A stretch of DNA of 64,000 nucleotides from positions 15,616-79,615 of IMG/VR virus record IMGVR_UViG_3300020577_008668; one strand, written 5' to 3'. Origin of the DNA: a virus (taxonomy: Duplodnaviria; Caudoviricetes). Numbering within the stretch: position 1 is the first letter of the stretch; the number at the start of each line of letters is the position of its first letter. Positions 18,477 to 27,994 of this stretch are shown one piece after another. The position numbers and the translations under genes were made by a program. The notes below the pieces were generated by a model. It saw only the letters and a program-made list of their open reading frames with translations. It did not search any database and was not told the DNA's origin.

Positions 18477-18549
18477 TTTTTGTCTTTCGGATCTTTATCT
18501 TTTTTAAAGTGTTCCGTTAAGTTTTTCAGACACCTGAAGGGATTATTCT

Positions 18550-19251
18550 ATGAGTTCACTCAAAGAGCAGCATGATAAACTACTTGCTGAAAAACCGGAT
18601 GATGTCGAACACGACACAGCAAACTGTGTGATATGTACACCTAATACAATCACTACAAATCCCGGAGGGGGTGACATGAAGACTTACACCGAAGATGAAT
18701 TTACTGCTGCTGTTCAAGAAGCTGTTGCCTCCCTTCAATCTATCAATGATACGAAGGTAGCTGATCTTCAGACTAAGGTTGATGAACTGACTGCAAAGTT
18801 GGAACTAGACGAGTTTGAAAGTCAGATTGCCGACATGCAGGCAAAACTTGATCTGGCAGAAGCAGCTACCGCTGTAGCTGTGAAAGAAACTGTAGATCTG
18901 GTTGCGTATCTGGAAGGTCTTGAGGTCGAGGCTGCTGAGGCGGCTCGTCTTGAGACTATTAAGACAGATCGTCGTGCAGCTATCGCTGAGGCAACCGCTT
19001 TTAGTGATGAGCAGATCGACGCCAAGATCGACCGATGGGTTGCAATGGACGAAGATATGTTCAATGCAATTCTTGAAGACCTTAAAGCTGTTGCAGCTCC
19101 TGTTTCTGTTGAGACTGAAGCTGTGTCGACTGAGTCGACTGAGACAGCAATGGAAAATGTCCGTGATGTTGAACATTCAGCACCCTCACCTATGGCTGGC
19201 ATCCTGGATGCCCGTAGTCGGGGTCTAGATGTTCGAGATCTCCATATCTGA
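18550..19251 (+). CDS. scaffold protein
   Basis: acidic coiled-coil protein upstream of capsid genes. Confidence 0.7.
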   Translation: MSSLKEQHDKLLAEKPDDVEHDTANCVICTPNTITTNPGGGDMKTYTEDEFTAAVQEAVASLQSINDTKVADLQTKVDELTAKLELDEFESQIADMQAKLDLAEAATAVAVKETVDLVAYLEGLEVEAAEAARLETIKTDRRAAIAEATAFSDEQIDAKIDRWVAMDEDMFNAILEDLKAVAAPVSVETEAVSTESTETAMENVRDVEHSAPSPMAGILDARSRGLDVRDLHI

Positions 19252-19272
19252 TTTTAGAAAGGAGGGGTGAGT

Positions 19273-19845
19273 ATGTCCTCATATGGTCGTAATTTTGATT
19301 TTCGAGTGACACCGAAAGGTGGACAGCGTCAGGGTCGTTACTACAACGACGACACCATCGCTATTCCTATCGGTGCACCTGTTGTTACTAGCGGTCACAA
19401 TGACGGTCTCGGTCGTCAGGGTCTTGTTCTTGCAAAGACCGCTCAAAACAAGCCTCTTCCCGGCAAGGGTGGCATCATTGTTTACGAGTACGCTCCCGCA
19501 GCGTTTGCTGGGCACGATCCTGTGTCCACTACGTACTCAGACCTTGATACAGCCCCTAAGGGTAAGGCTGCACAGCTGATTCACGGTATCGACGTTAAGG
19601 TCGTGCTGAAGAACACTACCATTAACTCTTTTGGCGGGCGGACTGGTTACCCGACAACTCGGAAGATGGTCGCTGGGATTGGTCAGGCTACTCCAACAGT
19701 CGCTGTAGGTGACATGCTCACCCCTGGTGTCGGTTCCGACTCTGGTGGGTATTGGGCTGAAACCTCAAACGTTGCTGAGGCTTGGCTCATCGTTACTTCT
19801 GTCAACAACGACACGGGCGAAGTTGAAGCCCGTCTGAACTTCTGA
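19273..19845 (+). CDS. capsid decoration/minor capsid protein
   Basis: strong RBS aaaggagg; Gly/Thr-rich beta protein directly before the major capsid gene. Confidence 0.6.
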   Translation: MSSYGRNFDFRVTPKGGQRQGRYYNDDTIAIPIGAPVVTSGHNDGLGRQGLVLAKTAQNKPLPGKGGIIVYEYAPAAFAGHDPVSTTYSDLDTAPKGKAAQLIHGIDVKVVLKNTTINSFGGRTGYPTTRKMVAGIGQATPTVAVGDMLTPGVGSDSGGYWAETSNVAEAWLIVTSVNNDTGEVEARLNF

Positions 19846-19859
19846 GGGAGGTGTTTTAA

Positions 19860-20819
19860 ATGGCTAGATACACTATTGAAAAGCAGTTCTCTCGTGAAGA
19901 GGAAAAAGCTCTAGGTCGTCAGCTTCAGGCTCTCAATGATGAGGCAAAAGTCCAGCTGAACAGCGCCAACGCTGAGCAGTGGCTTTCTGAGCGTGCTCAG
20001 GAAATGACTGACGCAATCTACGAGGGGTTCAAGCATGAGAATCTGATTTCTCTGTTCTCGAACGTTGTCAATGTTCCTTGGGAGCAGCGGGTCACATGGT
20101 CCGAGGTTCGGGGCATGAAGGCTTATTGGCTGGCTCGCGGTGGTTACATTGAGGCTAGCTCGGTTCATAAGGAAGTAGCGGAAGTCGAACGTGACATCGT
20201 TGGGTTCCATGTCTACGAATTCCTTGAGAAGCTGGAAGCGAACTTTGGCGAAACTGCTTCAACTCTGATTGATCTTGGTACTGAACGTCTTGATGCTGAG
20301 ATTAACTCTCGTTTCTTCACTATGGTGCAAGAGGCTGTGGGGGTTGGTCACCAGAACTACCATACTGGTTCCGGTATTTCACTGGCAACAGTGAACGAGG
20401 CGATTGGTGCGGTACGTGACGCATCCAAGCAGCAGAATGTTGCTATTGTTGGTCGAGCTGGGGTACTTAACTCTCTCATGTTCGAACTGATGGGAACTTC
20501 TCTTAACGGAAGCGGTTTCCTTCCTTCGACGAACGAGCAGATCATTCGTGATGGTATTCTGGGTACTTACCTGGGCGCACCTCTGGTACCTCTCGTTAAT
20601 TATCTTGATGATAATGATGAGAGCTACTTCCCTGCGAATGAGATGTATGTGATTGCTCCTGATGCATCCAAGTGGGTGTTCTGGGGTAGTTCACGGTCTT
20701 CGTCTTGGGTTGAGGATGATGCTGATTACTGGCATTTCCGCCTCAAGAAAGAGACCGGTGGCGTGATCCATCACAGCAATCGTATCGCCCGGCTTGTGGA
20801 TACCTCGGTTGCTCCTTGA
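19860..20819 (+). CDS. major capsid protein
   Basis: 319 aa, strong RBS, followed by an intrinsic terminator; ends GGVIHHSNRIARL. Confidence 0.8.
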   Translation: MARYTIEKQFSREEEKALGRQLQALNDEAKVQLNSANAEQWLSERAQEMTDAIYEGFKHENLISLFSNVVNVPWEQRVTWSEVRGMKAYWLARGGYIEASSVHKEVAEVERDIVGFHVYEFLEKLEANFGETASTLIDLGTERLDAEINSRFFTMVQEAVGVGHQNYHTGSGISLATVNEAIGAVRDASKQQNVAIVGRAGVLNSLMFELMGTSLNGSGFLPSTNEQIIRDGILGTYLGAPLVPLVNYLDDNDESYFPANEMYVIAPDASKWVFWGSSRSSSWVEDDADYWHFRLKKETGGVIHHSNRIARLVDTSVAP

Positions 20820-20856
20820 TAGCTAGCTTTCTACGATAGTTAGTTTTCTACCTAGG

Positions 20857-20891
20857 AAGGGGGGCTCGCTTCGGCGGGTCCCCCTTTTTTT
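20857..20891 (+). terminator. intrinsic terminator
   Basis: aggggggctcgc-ttcg-gcgggtcccc followed by T7. Confidence 0.9.
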
Positions 20892-20947
20892 GTGTTCGGA
20901 AGGTGACATAATGTGGGTAAACTTTGCTTTGTTCCGTTAATAAAATA

Positions 20948-21085
20948 TCTTGGATAACTTTGTGGTCGGGTTATCCTAAGAATGACCCATTCGTGCGGTC
21001 CGCAAACTCCTCCGTCTCTCCCACGGGCGGGGGAGTTTGTGTTTTTCCCATAGAAAGTCTGGTATACTACCGTTGTTTCTATAGG
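20948..21085 (+). ncRNA. candidate structured RNA of four consecutive hairpins
   Basis: tcttggataac/gttatcc(t)aaga; gaccca-ttcg-tg(c)ggtc; gcaaactcctccgtc/ggcgggggagtttgt; atagaaa/tttctat enclosing ggta-tac-tacc. Confidence 0.5.
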
Positions 21086-21107
21086 ACTAAAGTAAAATGG
21101 AGTTAGC

Positions 21108-21593
21108 ATGGAAAAGGAAACTTGGGAAAATCCTACCCGATCGAACATTTGGATTAAGACGTTCGATCCGCAGCACAATCTTCGTTCTGAGCGAATTAAA
21201 CCACAGGGAAAGATCGCTCTTTCTGTTGAGGAACGTCTCATTAATCAAGATTTGGCGTGGGACTCTAAGGACGACATTTTTAAGAATGGAACACTGGTAC
21301 CTATGCGACTGATTGAATCTGCTGAGGATTATGCTGAACACGCTAATAATCCTAATAACCTGTCGGAATCTGACATGGTTGCTCTATTTAAACTAACTGC
21401 TGCAAAGTTCAAGGCTCGGTTGGAAGAGATTGAAAATGTGGCGGCTTTGGATCGTATTGTGAAGCTGTCTGAAACAGATGACGTTGGTGCCACGATGGCT
21501 CAGGTAAAAGCGGCCGCTGCTCGTTTGAATGAGGTAAGTCCTTCTCGGGTAGGTAAGCCTATCTTTAAAGAGGAGAAGATTACTCCCGGCTAA
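21108..21593 (+). CDS. hypothetical virion-region protein
   Basis: 161-aa ORF with RBS ggag. Confidence 0.75.
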   Translation: MEKETWENPTRSNIWIKTFDPQHNLRSERIKPQGKIALSVEERLINQDLAWDSKDDIFKNGTLVPMRLIESAEDYAEHANNPNNLSESDMVALFKLTAAKFKARLEEIENVAALDRIVKLSETDDVGATMAQVKAAAARLNEVSPSRVGKPIFKEEKITPG

Positions 21594-21640
21594 TGGGTCG
21601 TTAATAACCTGATTTATAGTTTCGTTTGGTAGGAGTAGGT

Positions 21641-22141
21641 ATGGCTTCTGTTGATTTAGCTGATTTAGTTCCCTCGTTAGAGTCCTCTTTGAGTATTCCC
21701 GGTTCTACTTCTCCGTACGCTAACGCTTCAGAGTCAGAATGGGTAGCTAAGCTGGTTAATGGATTTTGGGCTGCTGTATTAGATCAGGTCATTATAGGGT
21801 ATACCTCTGATGAGGACGGAATGGTTTCTCAGGTTGATGGGGATGAGACCCTTTCGGGGGAACTGCAATATCTGATTGTCTTGTATGCTTCGATGAATAT
21901 TATTCGCAACCAGTTGATGCAGTTGAAAACAGTATTTAGGGCTAAGGCTGGTCCTGTGGAGTATGAGACTCAGCAGTCTGCTCAAGTTCTTAAGACTCTT
22001 TTGGATCAGTATATGGCTCAGAGGGATACTATTTTAGACAACTTAGCTAACAGTGCTCAGGTTTCCACCTATTATATTGATGCGGTACGTGCTAGAGACT
22101 ACGCTATTCGTGATGGTATCTCTGCTTGGGCTGGTTACTGA
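21641..22141 (+). CDS. putative head-tail adaptor
   Basis: position; FRAKAGPVEYETQQSA resembles adaptor C-terminal motif. Confidence 0.55.
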   Translation: MASVDLADLVPSLESSLSIPGSTSPYANASESEWVAKLVNGFWAAVLDQVIIGYTSDEDGMVSQVDGDETLSGELQYLIVLYASMNIIRNQLMQLKTVFRAKAGPVEYETQQSAQVLKTLLDQYMAQRDTILDNLANSAQVSTYYIDAVRARDYAIRDGISAWAGY

Positions 22142-22599
22142 TGGCAACTCCTACTGATACTTCTTTCGGGTCTGATTTCGATGCAGCGTTGTTTCGAAGC
22201 GCTATTACTTCTACGATGGAGATGGGTTTACCGGGATCTTCTGAGCGGGCAACGTTTCTTTGGAAACCTGAACGAGACTTTGATATAGAAGATAATGCTG
22301 GGAATCCTTACGACTGGACGTCTACTCCTACCTCTGAGGTGAACCATCCTGAGGTTCAAATCCCTGTGGCTGTTCAGCTTTCTACTCGGGGAACGTTGTT
22401 CGATGGGACCCCGGTGGGGGAATTCAATCAGTTGAGGTTGTCTGTTACGGTTCTTGATGTTCATTACCCTCAGGTAGCTGATGCTGATGCTATCCGTTTC
22501 GATGATGCTATTTACGACATTTCTTTTTGGGAACCACCTCAAGGTTTGTTTGATGTAACGATTTATACTGCGCGGTGCGTAGCTCGGGACGAAAGCTGA
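22141..22599 (+). CDS. putative head-closure protein
   Basis: position; coupled to upstream gene. Confidence 0.5.
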   Translation: MATPTDTSFGSDFDAALFRSAITSTMEMGLPGSSERATFLWKPERDFDIEDNAGNPYDWTSTPTSEVNHPEVQIPVAVQLSTRGTLFDGTPVGEFNQLRLSVTVLDVHYPQVADADAIRFDDAIYDISFWEPPQGLFDVTIYTARCVARDES

Positions 22600-22604
22600 T
22601 TTAT

Positions 22605-23126
22605 ATGTACGTTGGTGGTACACTTCACCGATTGGTCACTGATAACTTATTCAATATGGTCAATGACTCAATGAGGGACATTGGCTGGTTCAGTCCTGGT
22701 CGTAAGCATCAGTCCGTTAAGATGGTAGCTGAGTCAGTTGAGAATCGTGAAACTGTTGATTTTAACACTGTGGCTTTGAGCGATGAAGAGATTGACGGGG
22801 AGGATGTTGAGCTTGGTTCCACTTTGGAAGAGGTTCGATTTTCTTATTTTTGGGATATTTACGCTGAGTCTCGTGCGGTGGGTCAGCATCTTGCGGGGGA
22901 TATTAGGGATATTCTAAAGGGGCGGTTTGGGACCATTGGCCGTGATAGTCCAACTTTGACAGTTTTGGATTTGACCCAAGCTTCTCCTATGGAGCTGTTT
23001 GTTGCTCAGATTGAGGATGTTGTGCAGGATCGAGCCCGAGTGTTTTTGAAACCGTTTCAGTCGAACTACTATACGGTAAGTTGTAGTGTGTTTTACGAGT
23101 ATGAGTCTGATATTTTCGGTTACTGA
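22605..23126 (+). CDS. putative tail terminator protein
   Basis: FFWDIYAES-like FSYFWDIYAESRAVGQHLAGDIRDIL; position. Confidence 0.5.
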   Translation: MYVGGTLHRLVTDNLFNMVNDSMRDIGWFSPGRKHQSVKMVAESVENRETVDFNTVALSDEEIDGEDVELGSTLEEVRFSYFWDIYAESRAVGQHLAGDIRDILKGRFGTIGRDSPTLTVLDLTQASPMELFVAQIEDVVQDRARVFLKPFQSNYYTVSCSVFYEYESDIFGY

Positions 23127-23141
23127 CAGGATTTTTGTGGG

Positions 23142-24302
23142 ATGCAGAAGTTTAGGTTTCACCTTTTAACTCTTCCTCATGTTTCAACAACCCGCAAGTT
23201 TACGCTTTGTGCTTACGAGAGTAAGTGTAGGCGGTTTGCTGACATGATGTCGGGTATGGGGCATGATGTCTTTTTGTATGGTGGTCCAGAAAATGATGCC
23301 CAGGTTACTGAGCACATTGTGGTCGCCTCCCAAAAGGATCAGGAAGAGTGGTTCGGTGACTATGATTGGAAGAGGGATTTTTTCAATATTTCCTGGAATC
23401 CGAATGATGAGCACTGGAAAATAACTAACCAGCGTACTGTAGAAGAGATTAAGAAAAGAATTAAACCTAGAGACATCATTTTAGTTACAGCAGGTCTTTG
23501 TCAGAAGTCGGTGGCTGACGCTTTCCCTAATCACATTAGTACTGAGTGGACTATCGGGTATACGGGGACGTTCTCTAAGTATAGGGTGTTTGAGTCTTAC
23601 CCTCATATGGCATATTGCTCAGGTTTAGCTAATGATGATAATGGATCTTTTTTCGATACGGTCATTCCTAACTTTTTCGATCCTGACGAGTTTTCTACTC
23701 AGGAAGAGAAGGATGATTACTTTTTATTCATTGGTAGACTGATTCCACGTAAGGGTCCTGAGATCGCTGTAGAGGTCACTAAGCGTCTTGGGGCTAAACT
23801 TGTGATGGCAGGTCAGGGCGTCGCTTATACGGACCCTGGGAGGGTTGTGGCGACTGATGGGACAGTTTACGAGGGTGACCATATTGAGCATATTGGTTCC
23901 GTGGGGATAAGGGAACGGGCTGAATTGATGGGTAAGGCTCGTGCTACTTTTGTCCCAACCACCTATTTAGAGCCGTTTGGTGGGGTAAGTATTGAGTCTT
24001 TAATGTGTGGGACCCCGGTTATTGCCTCAAATTTCGGCTGCTTCCCAACAACTATTCAGCACGGACTGGATGGGTTTTTGTTTAGTACCATTGGTGAGGC
24101 TGTGTGGGCTGCTAAAAATGTTGAGTCTTTGAACTTTAAAGATATTGCTATTCGTGCCCGCAGGAATTATTCAACAGATCGAGTGAAGTGGCTCTATCAG
24201 TCATATTTCGAACAGTTGTTCACTTTATGGGATGATGGTTTTTACTCTGATTGGGATAACGGGATAAGGGAATATAGTAGGTATGTGAGGGATTATGGAT
24301 AA
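23142..24302 (+). CDS. GT4 (GT-B) glycosyltransferase
   Basis: YFLFIGRLIPRKG, EPFGGVSIESLMCGTPVIAS. Confidence 0.92.
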   Translation: MQKFRFHLLTLPHVSTTRKFTLCAYESKCRRFADMMSGMGHDVFLYGGPENDAQVTEHIVVASQKDQEEWFGDYDWKRDFFNISWNPNDEHWKITNQRTVEEIKKRIKPRDIILVTAGLCQKSVADAFPNHISTEWTIGYTGTFSKYRVFESYPHMAYCSGLANDDNGSFFDTVIPNFFDPDEFSTQEEKDDYFLFIGRLIPRKGPEIAVEVTKRLGAKLVMAGQGVAYTDPGRVVATDGTVYEGDHIEHIGSVGIRERAELMGKARATFVPTTYLEPFGGVSIESLMCGTPVIASNFGCFPTTIQHGLDGFLFSTIGEAVWAAKNVESLNFKDIAIRARRNYSTDRVKWLYQSYFEQLFTLWDDGFYSDWDNGIREYSRYVRDYG

Positions 24303-24546
24303 GAGAAGTTTTTTAGGAAAACGTCGAGATAGGGCTATTGCTATCCTTCTTTCTTTTAAGGAAAAAGAAGTCGACCAGTTTCTTCCTGACGATGTTTCGT
24401 CTAAGTTGCGGCGTGAGATTTTAGATCAGTTTAATGAGGTTGTGGATACAGCATTCGATCTAATGTCTTCAGAGTCCGTATATAATGAAGAGTTTATGAC
24501 TCGATTTAATGATTTGTACAATTTCCTTATTGAGGAAGATGTGTAG
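24295..24546 (+). CDS. hypothetical protein
   Basis: 83-aa ORF coupled to the GT4 gene. Confidence 0.65.
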   Translation: MDKRSFLGKRRDRAIAILLSFKEKEVDQFLPDDVSSKLRREILDQFNEVVDTAFDLMSSESVYNEEFMTRFNDLYNFLIEEDV

Positions 24547-24564
24547 TAGATCAATGGAGTCTTA

Positions 24565-25350
24565 ATGGCAGGGTATGATGACGTTTACTTTTCGAACATT
24601 GTTAATCTTGATGCCATTTTTGAAGAGGTTTTGAACGACGCCAAGTTTAAGTCATCTAAAGCTTTTCGTGCGTTTACTGAAGATTTTGCTTCTTCTGCTA
24701 AGAAACAGAAGTTAATGAAAGCAGTAAACCGTGATGTTGCTAAAAAGGCTCAGGATGCTGTTGTCGCAGCATACGATGCGTCTCATCGGGGTAACCCTTC
24801 TTACCGGCATAACGACCCTAAGAGCAGAAGGCGTTCTAATGGGCGGATGAGGCGGGCTTTGACGCACAATAGGTTTGTTCAGTTTGATGAGCGGGGAATC
24901 TACTTTGCTTCTATTTCTCATTTGGACGAGCAGGCTGCTCAGTGGTATCGGTTGAACTTCGGAACTAAGCCTCGGAGTCAGAAGCGTGCTCCTGGGGTTG
25001 GGACCATGAAATTTTTCGGAAGAAAGGTTTCTGAAAGTGTTTCCCTTCGGGGGTATGGTCCTTCTGAGGCTTTCTCTATTCCTGGGACGATGATGTTTTC
25101 TTCTGAGTTTGTAGGTGGGGGCCGACCAGGGAAGTTTGTCGCTGCCGATGTGGGTCGTCGTGGTTTAGATGCTTTGTACTTTAGAAGAAGAACTGGAACG
25201 CTTTCTTCTCTGAGCCGAAAGGGCCTTTCAGCCGGAATTAGGGGTAGTCGATTTTTGGATGCTGGTCCTAAGTACATCAATGATCATTATGGGCCGGAGG
25301 TGTCGAATGTTATTCGAACTTGGTTTGCTGAGGCTAAAAAGAAAATGTGA
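24565..25350 (+). CDS. putative neck/tail completion protein (HK97 gp10-like)
   Basis: basic protein before the major tail gene; IRGSRFLDAG end motif. Confidence 0.45.
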   Translation: MAGYDDVYFSNIVNLDAIFEEVLNDAKFKSSKAFRAFTEDFASSAKKQKLMKAVNRDVAKKAQDAVVAAYDASHRGNPSYRHNDPKSRRRSNGRMRRALTHNRFVQFDERGIYFASISHLDEQAAQWYRLNFGTKPRSQKRAPGVGTMKFFGRKVSESVSLRGYGPSEAFSIPGTMMFSSEFVGGGRPGKFVAADVGRRGLDALYFRRRTGTLSSLSRKGLSAGIRGSRFLDAGPKYINDHYGPEVSNVIRTWFAEAKKKM

Positions 25351-25477
25351 TCATTTAATTTCTCGTTTTGTATCCGTAGTTTATTTAGGATACACACGAC
25401 TAACAGTGTGTATATGATTTTACACACTGCCTCCGGGTAGTTGGAAATAAGAAAAGCTCTAACTATAGGAGGATTCC

Positions 25478-26746
25478 ATGAGTATTCGTGGTTCACAAAT
25501 TTTACATGACGTCAATGGTTTCGTCGTAGACCGCATTCAGACCGCAGGTCCGGGTGCTCTGAACATTCCTGAAGAGAAGGTTTACGAGCTGGGTAACTTT
25601 GAGACTCTTGCCACTGTGCGAGATATTCCTGACCTAACGTTCTCGTTAAACAGCTTCGATGTTTCTTGCGAATTTGAGGCTCTTCTCAATGGTCTTAACC
25701 CTACTGCTCTTACAGCTAATCAGGAAATTGACTTTACTCATCACGTTCCGATCGACGTAATCTCTCCGTTCAAGTCTCGACGAGGGGCTTTTAACATCGT
25801 TAAGGGTGTCGCTGTTCCTTATCTCACCCTAGAGAAAGCTAGTTACACATACGGTCTTCGTCAGAACGCCGCCCAGGAGTTCAGTCTTCGCGGCGACTCC
25901 ATTTATTACACCCAAGGCCAGCCTTACTACAAGGAGTTCAATAACACCGTAAATGGTGTCGGCCCCTACAACTTCGGGATGACTGCTGACGTTTACACTG
26001 AGGGAGCGAACACCCTTTACGCCCTGTGTGTTGTTCTCGTTAACTCTACAACTGGAGCCTACAAGCGTCTCTTCTATGATGCTTCAGGTGACTCTGGGTA
26101 CAGCAACACTTCCACCTCAGTTACTCTAGCGACGAACGAATCAGCCGCTTACGACATCTGTCGCATCGTGTGGTCTTCGTCCTCTACTACTGGCTCGTAC
26201 ACTCAGAATGGCAACAACCCTAACGGTCATGATGTTCATCAGAATGTGTCGGTGAAACCTGCTGCTGTTCGCCCGAAGGATATTGACGTGTACATCGGCA
26301 CCGCTGGAGCAACCCCAGTGTTTACCCGAATGAACTCAGTTCAGTCAGCCCAGGTGGATTGGTCAGTTACTCTTGAGAACGATGAAGAGTTTGGTAATGC
26401 ACACTATGTCGTTTCAGACTATGACGTTCCTGAAGTAACCGGAACTATCGGGATCAAGCCTTTTGATCCTGCGGATCTTTTCCATAAACTGGCTCAGATT
26501 ACTGGTGTTCCTAGCAACGAAGTGATCGGACCGGAACTGACTACCCCGGTTCCTCTTGAAGTTCGGATCAACCACCCTGATACGGGTGCCCGCCTGAAGA
26601 CGATCTATGTTCCTGACGCCCGATTCCAGGTGCCTGGTATGCAGGGTCAGGTTCAGACGAAGCTAGAGAACACCTTCAACTTCACTTCTGATACGGGTGT
26701 TATGAAGGTTTACAACGGGAACGGTCCTGGAGGGGCTAACGCCTGA
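25478..26746 (+). CDS. major tail (tube) protein
   Basis: strong RBS aggagga, highly biased codons, followed by a terminator and the chaperone gene. Confidence 0.8.
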   Translation: MSIRGSQILHDVNGFVVDRIQTAGPGALNIPEEKVYELGNFETLATVRDIPDLTFSLNSFDVSCEFEALLNGLNPTALTANQEIDFTHHVPIDVISPFKSRRGAFNIVKGVAVPYLTLEKASYTYGLRQNAAQEFSLRGDSIYYTQGQPYYKEFNNTVNGVGPYNFGMTADVYTEGANTLYALCVVLVNSTTGAYKRLFYDASGDSGYSNTSTSVTLATNESAAYDICRIVWSSSSTTGSYTQNGNNPNGHDVHQNVSVKPAAVRPKDIDVYIGTAGATPVFTRMNSVQSAQVDWSVTLENDEEFGNAHYVVSDYDVPEVTGTIGIKPFDPADLFHKLAQITGVPSNEVIGPELTTPVPLEVRINHPDTGARLKTIYVPDARFQVPGMQGQVQTKLENTFNFTSDTGVMKVYNGNGPGGANA

Positions 26747-26762
26747 TCGGCGTAGGTGGTGG

Positions 26763-26803
26763 GCCACTAGCGGGGAGGACGATCCTCTCCGCTAGTGGCT
26801 TTT
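26763..26803 (+). terminator. intrinsic terminator
   Basis: gccactagcggggagga-cga-tcctctccgctagtggc-tttt. Confidence 0.88.
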
Positions 26804-26858
26804 AGCAGGGTTAGTGGTGTTATACTTTGGAGAAATCCATTAGGGCACAGGAGTTATC

Positions 26859-27650
26859 ATGGCTAATGTTCGTACTTTGAAGCGTCGTCGTCTTTCTGAT
26901 CTTTATGTCACAGGTACAGAGGTGTCTGTAGGTGACGGTCAGGGGGAAGATGTGAAGGTTTGGGTTTCTAAGATATCTCCGATGGAGCGTCGGATTGCGG
27001 TAGAAGAAGCCGCTAAGCCTAGAGCTAAGACTTTAGCTTTGAAGAAGCTTCCAGATGAGTCACCTGAAAAGCTTCGGTTTATTGATCAGATTAACGATTA
27101 CGTGGGTGAAGATCGTGATGGTCTTGTTTCTTTCCTTATGGGTCCTCGCCTTTATGAGCTTGAGGTCTCAGCTCAGGAACGCATTGCTGCTGAAGATAAG
27201 TGGGCTGAGAAAGATTATCTAACTGGCCTTAATCAGGCGTGGCGTGACGAGATGTATGACCGTTACATGGCTGATAATGACGATAAGGAAGCTAAGCGAG
27301 TTTTTGAAGAACTTAAGGCGTTTACTGACGAAGTAGACGCTTCTCTCGAAGAAGAAAAAGAGTCCCTGAAGGAAACGTTTGACGTCTTCTCTGATGAGGA
27401 ACTTAACTCCAAGGCTCTCAACCAGTTGATTGATACTGAAGCTGATTTCGTTTGGATGAATGAGCTGCGTCGACAAGAACTTTTCTTTGCTGTGCGTGAA
27501 CCTGAAGATCATAAGAAGCGTTACTTTGAAGACCGTGAAGAGGTCGATATGATCGAGGAAGAGGTGTTTACGCAGCTTCTAACAGCCTACCTTGAAGTAA
27601 GTGTAGATACAGTTGAGGGAAAAGACTCGGAGGAGACCCCCAGTTCGTAA
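26859..27650 (+). CDS. tail assembly chaperone (G)
   Basis: between major tail and tape measure; slippery G GGA AAA at 27617-27623. Confidence 0.85.
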   Translation: MANVRTLKRRRLSDLYVTGTEVSVGDGQGEDVKVWVSKISPMERRIAVEEAAKPRAKTLALKKLPDESPEKLRFIDQINDYVGEDRDGLVSFLMGPRLYELEVSAQERIAAEDKWAEKDYLTGLNQAWRDEMYDRYMADNDDKEAKRVFEELKAFTDEVDASLEEEKESLKETFDVFSDEELNSKALNQLIDTEADFVWMNELRRQELFFAVREPEDHKKRYFEDREEVDMIEEEVFTQLLTAYLEVSVDTVEGKDSEETPSS

Positions 27651-27955
27651 GGGCGGTCTCTTTAGATAAGCATAGTTTTTTTCAAGATAAACCGTTCGAT
27701 GTTATTGCTGTAGATCTTTTTGAGGCTATCTCTCAGGCTGAACGTATTGCATCTTGGCAGGAAAACCTGATGGATGATGAGATGCCTCCGCGGTGGATGT
27801 GGCATCTTGACTGGGAGCTAGAGCAGCATTTTGCTTTAGTGAAGTCAAGGCGTGCCGCAAAGTACAGTAGTAGTCCTGATGAGGAAGAGTACGAGAATAC
27901 GGATGAGAACTCCTCTTGGAATGAGAACGTTTTTGCTAGTAGATTCCAGGAGTAA
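26859..27955 (+). CDS. tail assembly chaperone G-T via programmed -1 frameshift
   Basis: the -1 frame is open from 27623 through ORF 27770-27955 (checked codon by codon). Confidence 0.85.
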
Positions 27956-27994
27956 TTCCGTTATCTAATATAGCTGAAGGAATTGCGAGGGGTT

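Noticed and set aside
20924-21106. 60-aa ORF after the capsid gene
   Set aside because: TTG start without an RBS and atypical composition; the sequence is better explained by RNA stems.
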